Assembly (NCBI RefSeq): GCF_964188315.1
Contig: NC_135656.1
Span: 121,954,001 to 122,018,000, forward strand
DNA length: 64,000 bases
Origin: Podarcis muralis
Lineage: Eukaryota
Direction: 5' to 3'
Shown here piece by piece: positions 60,601 to 64,000 of this stretch (position 1 is the stretch's first letter; every line of letters starts with the position of its first letter). The notes under the pieces are model-generated. The model searched no databases. It saw nothing but the letters and a program-made list of their open reading frames with translations, and was not told where the DNA came from. The translations under genes and the position numbers were made by a program.

Positions 60601-63441
60601 AAAATGGAACAATATCTATCCAGATCATTAGAGAATAAAAATGAATACCTGTGATGCTTGGACTTTTTCATCTTCCAACCTGTTCTGACCCATCATCACC
60701 ACCCTCTTGGGTCTAGAGGAGTACGCAGCATTTAAGGCATGGGCCACAGCTCGGACCGTGTTGTAAATGCTGTAGGTGTCCTGAAACAGGCTCCTTTCAA
60801 GGACATCTTGAGAGAACCCCAAAAGGGTCTCCTTCACTCTGCATCGCCTCTGGCCTTTCACAGACAAGACATGCTTTGAATATAAGCAATGATAGCCTTC
60901 AGGCCAACATGGATGGAAATTCTTATGGGGGATAGTAACTGGCACATTGCCATCGTGTTTTGCTCTTTTTTTGGTCTGGATAAACAAAGATAAATATCCA
61001 TGAATGTGTTTGTTCTCAAATAATTCTGGACATATGTTGGAGGTGACATATGAGAAAGCTATTGTGATCCAAACTTTCCCAGTAATTGGTTTCAGGGTTT
61101 CACCCACTGTGCGAAGTAAAATTGCAGCTTCAATGAGGGACACTGATTCCCCATAGGAAAGAAACACGTTGATTCGCCTGTCCATGGAAAGTGAAATCTT
61201 CTGCTGGAGCTTTGTGAACCATTGTGGTGTAAAGATATTGCATCGTGAAAAGGTTTGTGAGAATACAACACAGACACCGCCCTCAGCAAGCGCAGGTGCC
61301 AGGGTGCTCAGAAACCTTTCTCCATCGTCAGAGTCAGGAGCTATGAGCCCAATCCAAGTCCACCTGAAATGCAGGAGTAGCCTGACAATCCCTGAGCCTG
61401 GGGGTTCTTCATTTGGGGTCATTCGGTAGAGCAAAGGAGATTGCGTTTTGTCAAGGGCATGATGGACAGAAGCATAACTGACCTAGGAAGAAAAGGAAGA
61501 TATAGAGGGTTTTCTTGGTCAACTGGAAATTGTGGTCAGGGAGAGCCATATTTTCCAGTGCTTCTCTGGAAAGGAGATGTAGGACACCTTTGGGCAACAA
61601 TACACTCTGGTCAGTGAACGAAATAAATCAATTCATTCATTATAGGCATCAATTTAATATGTCTTCCACATTATGTTGTCATTGAGTGTAGTGGTGGAGG
61701 AAGCGGGCGGGGGGTGTCCTTCCCTGGGGGCCATCATTGAGGGGAGATTACAAGAAGACACCCCGTGGGGGGGGGGGAGTCGCATCCCCACCCACGAGAG
61801 TGGTGTCACAAGCCTCCGCCATCGCAGCCGCGTGTGGAGGATCCTTCCCTCAGAGTTGCACCCTCCGCCCCTGTCTGTACGGCGCTATTTCACACACCTG
61901 CCAATATAAGGATGTGCTCAGCTGTGATTCCTGCATTGCAGTGGGTTTTGATGGATTGGTTATTTAATTTTTATACTGCATAATATATTTAAAATATCTG
62001 TAAGCATTGCACAGAAAAGTGAAGCAACAACAGACACCTTAAATAAAATAATCCAAAAAGGCCCCGTTACTTTAAAAAATATTACACGCACCCAACACAT
62101 TTAGAGCATGTCAAAGGCTCTTGGTCTCCCACAAAGAATCATGACAGCTGTAGTTTGTTGGGAATTATAGCTCTTTGAAGGGTAAACTACAGTTGCCAGG
62201 ATTCTTGTATTGAGTGCTTTACATTTATGGTGTACACAACAGCATCAGCAAAGGCACAATATGGAAACGAAAAGGCCCTAGACCTACCCAGGAAGCTCAG
62301 CTTTTTGAGGAAACGGGACTTGGACAATAATTCATGCATAACCACACACTCGTTTGCTAGAACATTGCTAGATTTAGACCCTAGATCTTATCTGCTGTCC
62401 TTTTAAAGTTGCACAGTTAGAACAGCAACAACCCACATTCATAAGAACAAGTAATGAAAAACAGCAGAATTTGTTTTAAGAGAGATGGCTTCTGTTGGGG
62501 ATGTTCTGGGATTAACAAGTTTTAGGGTAGTACTCAACCAGTGACTAGTGGTGCGGGAATCTGTCCCATTTTTCCTATACTGTTTTCCAGATTTAAAATT
62601 CCCACCCATTTCACAAAGCTGTTTGCTCTTTGAGAGGAAACATTCATTTACCATATAGGCCAGGGGTTCCCAAAGTGATGCCCTCCAGATGATATTCACC
62701 TCCAACTCCCATGAGCCAATATTCACCCCTTAGACTGCTCTGATGGTGACTCTCTTTGTGAAACCCTTCTTCAGCCAGCAGGACAAATCCTTCAACATAA
62801 GAAGAGGCTCCTGGATCAGGCCAACGGCTCATCTAGCCCAGCATCTTGTTCACACAGTGGCCAGCCAGGTGATTGTAGGAAACCAGCAAGCACAGCATGA
62901 GCACAAATGCACTCTGCCCTCATGTGACTCCCAGCAACTCAGCACCCAGAAGCATTGGTGCCTCCAACTAGGGACGTAGATCACTGTCATTATGCCTAGC
63001 AGCCATTAATAGCCCTTGCCTTCATGAATTGGTTTAATCCTCTCTTAGAAGCTTCACTGCCTCCTCTGGGAGTGAGCTTCATAGTTTACTTCCTATTCAG
63101 AGAGGTTGCTGTTCTCTGTATGTTGCCCATGCTAGTGTGTTCATACCTGGGGGATTTTGTAGGTTCCCAGCATACTTGAAATCTGGAGTGAGGTGTCAGA
63201 GTTGACCCCTTCAATGAAAACCAAGGGCTTCTTCTCTCTTCCACAGTGGTAGTTTGGGACATTGGCCCTCCCAGGAGAGAGCAGATCTAGCGTGGCGTCA
63301 TAGGTCATTCTTGCATTGAAAAAATTCTCATAGATGTCATAGCCCAGGGTGATGTTGGGTAAGATCCCAGGGTCCTGATTAATCTCATGGATGGCGATCA
63401 TGAAGGATAGGCGATACCAGTATGGTACCATATCTGATGCC
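54212..63441 (-). CDS. Vmn2r: V2R gene F, exons 2-6 (exon 1 predicted just right of the window)
   Basis: Exons: 63147..63441, 60649..61482, 57978..58205, 56206..56332, 54212..55122; open and in phase; GC donor after exon 5. Confidence 0.85.
55243..56127 (+). mobile_element. L2 LINE 3' fragment with (TTA)n tail in intron 5 of gene F
   Basis: ORF 55306..55983 with [24 protein letters not shown] and [14 protein letters not shown] is L2-clade ORF2; the insert splits cccaac|..ggtaaaggtttt, which is contiguous in B, C and D. Confidence 0.88.
56478..57022 (-). mobile_element. Third, most deleted copy of the two-ended L1-like element
   Basis: Target repeat at 56461..56477 and 57023..57039; same termini as in C and D; 545 bp. 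Confidence 0.6.
58292..59427. mobile_element. Duplicate of the MITE right-end fragment (58292..58633) and L1 fragment (58639..59427)
   Basis: Near-identical to 34731..35866 at offset 23561. Confidence 0.8.
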
Positions 63442-64000
63442 CTGCAACAAAGCATGAAGCCTAATGTCAGTCTCCGTTCAGTGAATACTGTCAAGTCCCT
63501 GCTTTCTTAACCCTATAAGAAATTGCAGCCACGAGAATGAAGCAAAACAGAACATCCACATCACATAATCAGCCATATGTGAGTTTGTTGGAAGCTGAAC
63601 GGCTGCTTGCCAGTTAAGGAGAGATAGAAGCATATTTGAGCACTTGAGTGCTGGAAGCAAGGAGTGAATACCACCCACAAATATATTGAGAAAAAGTTTG
63701 TAAAAGGACAGGGCACTAGTTTGTTTCTTTATTTTTTAAAAAAGGAAGAGGAGATGTAAAATAGAAATCTTTACCAGTCATATAATTCCTGCTTCTAATT
63801 GTTATTGCTGTTGTTATCCTATTTAGTAGCTACGTTTCACCCTAAGGTCCCAGGGCAGGTGAACTGTACTGGCTGCCAGTTGATTTCTAGACTCAATTCA
63901 ACGTGATTGTATGTTAACTTGATAGATAGATTGTGACCATTTAATAGTTATAGTCCTGCTCCTGTCAGAGGAGTACAGATCAGGCCATCTTTACATGTCC

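Overview
Eukaryotic (squamate reptile) genomic DNA. The Sauria-SINE, Squam3-like, BovB, CR1 and L2 repeat content points to a lizard, possibly a lacertid. The window is a tandem, head-to-tail cluster of vomeronasal type-2 receptor (V2R, class C GPCR) genes, all on the minus strand. Each has the six-exon layout (coding exons ~248/295/834/228/127/911 bp), which I reconstructed by hand from splice sites. Left to right: A (exon 1 only, rest off-window), B (intact), psi1 (exon 5 + broken half of exon 6), C (intact except an odd exon-1 donor), D (intact), psi2 (exon-6 tail), E (exons 2-6, exon 1 deleted) and F (exons 2-6, exon 1 off-window). The paralogs are mosaics of one another, and introns and spacers hold nested transposon insertions whose empty sites are visible in sister paralogs. 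Most notable: (1) a conserved GC 5' splice site after exon 5 overlapped by a GT site 4 nt downstream, whose use would end the protein just before TM1 and give a predicted secreted ectodomain (inference); (2) a Tc2/Kanga-like non-autonomous DNA transposon built from GC-rich hairpin modules, one copy carrying two palindromic tandem arrays and four others broken next to flanking deletions, one of which removed exon 1 of gene E; (3) retro-insertions with 69-bp and 118-bp flanking duplications and a fold-back SINE. All coordinates were counted by eye; no database search was run.
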